Both the position numbers and the translations under genes were made by a program. From Nemertoderma westbladi (taxonomy: Eukaryota > Animalia > Xenacoelomorpha), in NCBI GenBank assembly GCA_032718475.1, contig JAUCBJ010007765.1, positions 1 to 64,000 on the forward strand: 64,000 nt of DNA, given 5' to 3'. Shown piece after piece: positions 61,490 through 64,000 of this stretch. How positions within the stretch are numbered: position 1 is the first letter of the stretch; every line of letters starts with the position of its first letter. The notes below the pieces were generated by a model that worked only from the letters and a program-made list of their open reading frames with translations, searched no databases and was not told where the DNA came from.

Positions 61490-64000
61490 TTATCGCTTAG
61501 TAGATCGAGCCCTGCCGCGTCCTCGAAAACTGCGCACAGGTGACTTTGCTCGCGATATGGGACTAATGGGGCGAGTCACTGGTTTACTTGGGACGTTAAG
61601 AGACGGTGCGACTATTTCCTCACAAATTCGTCTATTTGGCATCCCAAAACCTCGACCAATTCCTCGTGACCGATCAGTTGTCACTACAGTTGGTAGAACG
61701 TCTGGGAACGCGTGAGAAGCGGACGACGCAGACCCAAGAGTAGCTTGCGCCCCCTGTTGATCAGCTGGTGTATGTCCCGATCCTCCTACTGGTTCTCTTG
61801 GAAGTGATACCGTATCCCGAGTAACTCGAATAGTCGGCTCAACTCCCTTGCGTTCTTCTACATTAATAATTTTCTTCAATTGTTGGCCCACTTTCTGGAC
61901 CCGTATGATCCTACCCTGCCCGTCCTCCCGAGGGTGACGTGCAGACGGCGCAACCGGAGTGGCTGATATATTCGTCGCCTCTAGGACCTCTTCTTCCTCG
62001 AATACGCTCGCTCGTATACGTTTATGGTAAAACGCGGCTCGGTACGCCCATGCGACGGTTAACCAAGCTCCTTTATTCCGCTTTTCGGTTCGGAAACGAT
62101 CAAATTCACCATACGTGATACGATTTACGACTTTCTGAAAATTCCACGTGTTTTTGTTATCCGGGTGAATCTGTAACAGATACTCGCGCACCACTCGAAA
62201 TCCGCTGTCGTGGGGCAAAATATCGACAACCTCGATAAGTTCGTCATATTGAGGCATAGCGGAGATGTATCCTTCCGACATCATCGTTTGAGGATTTACC
62301 GCCCAAAATCCGAGATGCGCTCTCATCGGAAACCGTCTTCTCTGTGCCGATACATGTTCGTCGGCCAAATCTTCCCACTCATCAAATAACTTCCTCACGA
62401 GTTTAACAGATTCGTGTTCATAGGGTATGTCTCTTAGTTGGCATTCAGATGCTCGATGTCCCTTTATATTGCAGTAAGTACATTGAGCCATAAATCTCCA
62501 GCAAGTATAAAAGGTATGAGACCCTTGATCCCCACACCATCCACAGATTAGCTGAGTCGTAGTAATGTGCTTTCCACTGCACTTTGCCATATGATGTCCA
62601 GCGACGCCACATTTACTACACATCGTATTAGCAGGGTACCACACTCGTTCGTATATAAGATCTCCAATCGGTCGAGCGCTTCCTCCCATACTATAATCGT
62701 AATCATCTGGGTCTATGGGTTGGTAGGTTTCTGAAGGTTGTATGCAAACTATAGCATCTGTTGCTTCAAGTTGTCGAATCTCCGTCTGAGATTTCTTCGG
62801 GAGGTTCCTTTCTATCTCAAGAAGTTCCTCTAAAGGATCGTCGGCGATCGTAGTAGTTACGTTGAAATCATCACCGAGGTGACCGATAGGCGCGCGCGTC
62901 TGCCGTGATTCATCCGTAATTTCCACAATACGTTCTCCTTCATAGGGTAACAATGTAAACATAGATGGTCTTTCGATAAGAGATCCCGCACAGCGAAGAT
63001 ACACGTCTCGAAATATGCTAAATCCTGCTCGAGTAAAGGCATTACACTGAGCGTCGGAGTTGTAGAAGGGTTCAAGGAATCGTCTAAACACGTCGGTACG
63101 AATTCTCCCTTCCATGTAGAACGTATGATCTTCTCCGAGACAAAGTGGATGTCTTTTGAGAGTCCGAGACACAATGTCGGCGATTAGGCAAACATTCACT
63201 GACGACTCTATCGCTAAATAATATTGTAAGACCGCTCTTGGAGGTGACGTAATAGCCCAATACACGCATCCTCTCCATTTAAGCTGTGATTCAAACTCAC
63301 TCATATCTGGAGTATCACCTTCTCCATAAGTTTCAATATACTTGTTTCTTTTACCTTCCTTATAATCCCAATTGAATAACAGGTAGGAAATGTATCCAGT
63401 TCCAGTCTTCTGAGTATTATACTCACGAAAATATCCCTGTTCTATAGACCACAGAATAAGAGGTCGAGTGTCGACGTATGGTGTCGGTAGTCGGTCATCG
63501 CTGTCCGTCATGCCGGCGAAGTCGCTAATTAGATCCTCCCTTACTCCTGATCCAACCTTTACAACAGTTTTATCTAAAATCATGTTTCTTACCATCTTCG
63601 GTAACATTCTAGCGTCAATATTACAAGCTTGGTCCATCTTCTTTACTATATCGGTGATAAGATGGTGTCGCTTTGTATTCGCTGGAGGTATCGGCATTCG
63701 TTTGTCGCTCCTCTGTCTACTGAAAACGTGCAGGACTCCGTCCGCCGCTCTAATCTGTATAGTCTTAGAAGTCAAACTCTGCTGATGACTGCCGCCCTCG
63801 TTATCGTAAAACATATAACCGTTTTCCTGAAACGATCTAAACGTCCTAGTCCATTCATCCAATAATTCTTCCGAAGGTTGCCAAATCTTCTCTATATCCT
63901 TATCCTCATCGAAACGAATAACCTTACCTCGCCAATCTGCGGCAATATCCGTATCCGACTCGAAGGTTCCGATTCCAATCCATAAACGAATCGTCTTGGT
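61490..64000 (-). CDS. DEDDy-type 3'-5' exonuclease plus triple CCHC zinc-knuckle protein, probably retroelement-borne; 5'-truncated by the window (at least 836 aa)
   Basis: Frame stays open to base 64000. ExoI MFYDNEG, TIQI, LPKMVRNMILDKTVVKVGSGVRED (ExoII), YVDT, LQYYLAIE (ExoIII-like); knuckles CSKCGVAGHHMAKC, CGWCGDQGSHTFYTC, CTYCNIKGHRASEC; RG-rich basic tail; intronless. Confidence 0.85.
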   Translation of the reverse strand, partial: TKTIRLWIGIGTFESDTDIAADWRGKVIRFDEDKDIEKIWQPSEELLDEWTRTFRSFQENGYMFYDNEGGSHQQSLTSKTIQIRAADGVLHVFSRQRSDKRMPIPPANTKRHHLITDIVKKMDQACNIDARMLPKMVRNMILDKTVVKVGSGVREDLISDFAGMTDSDDRLPTPYVDTRPLILWSIEQGYFREYNTQKTGTGYISYLLFNWDYKEGKRNKYIETYGEGDTPDMSEFESQLKWRGCVYWAITSPPRAVLQYYLAIESSVNVCLIADIVSRTLKRHPLCLGEDHTFYMEGRIRTDVFRRFLEPFYNSDAQCNAFTRAGFSIFRDVYLRCAGSLIERPSMFTLLPYEGERIVEITDESRQTRAPIGHLGDDFNVTTTIADDPLEELLEIERNLPKKSQTEIRQLEATDAIVCIQPSETYQPIDPDDYDYSMGGSARPIGDLIYERVWYPANTMCSKCGVAGHHMAKCSGKHITTTQLICGWCGDQGSHTFYTCWRFMAQCTYCNIKGHRASECQLRDIPYEHESVKLVRKLFDEWEDLADEHVSAQRRRFPMRAHLGFWAVNPQTMMSEGYISAMPQYDELIEVVDILPHDSGFRVVREYLLQIHPDNKNTWNFQKVVNRITYGEFDRFRTEKRNKGAWLTVAWAYRAAFYHKRIRASVFEEEEVLEATNISATPVAPSARHPREDGQGRIIRVQKVGQQLKKIINVEERKGVEPTIRVTRDTVSLPREPVGGSGHTPADQQGAQATLGSASSASHAFPDVLPTVVTTDRSRGIGRGFGMPNRRICEEIVAPSLNVPSKPVTRPISPISRAKSPVRSFRGRGRARSTKR

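Noticed and set aside
61490-64000. Conventional Gag, or a host EXD/Mut-7 orthologue
   Set aside because: No capsid motif is visible in the window and the knuckles follow an exonuclease; intronless structure and an LTR-borne homologue argue against a standard host gene, though sequence beyond the window is needed.

Overview
AT-rich, repeat-dense genomic DNA from an invertebrate animal (spliceosomal GT-AG introns; no prokaryotic features, no CRISPR). Host genes: an intronless TFIIA-gamma (7554-7880 +); a two-exon PTB/PID-domain gene (12216-16300 +); a 7-exon secreted protein with 3 ShKT domains, an EPTTA mucin stalk and a DUF5648-like triple repeat (19190-44302 +, about 482 aa); a small spliced LITAF-domain gene missed by the ORF track (46221-45676 -); and a 558-aa single-exon ORF with a spectrin-like repeat (56084-54408 -). 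The rest is mostly nested mobile DNA: RTE, L2, RTEX-like and RLE-type LINE relics, several MITEs, two large tandem arrays and two minimal hammerhead ribozyme motifs. The most interesting signal is a pair of divergent homologous ORFs that join a DEDDy-type 3'-5' exonuclease to three CCHC zinc knuckles and a conserved C-terminal motif. One is intact (61490 to beyond 64000, -). The other is decayed and is the only recognisable cargo of an LTR element (20406-24428, 5-bp TSD) whose primer-binding site is not tRNA-like but is a perfect 11-nt complement of a sequence inside its own LTR, a self-priming signature. All family assignments were made by eye from motifs and need HMM or database confirmation.
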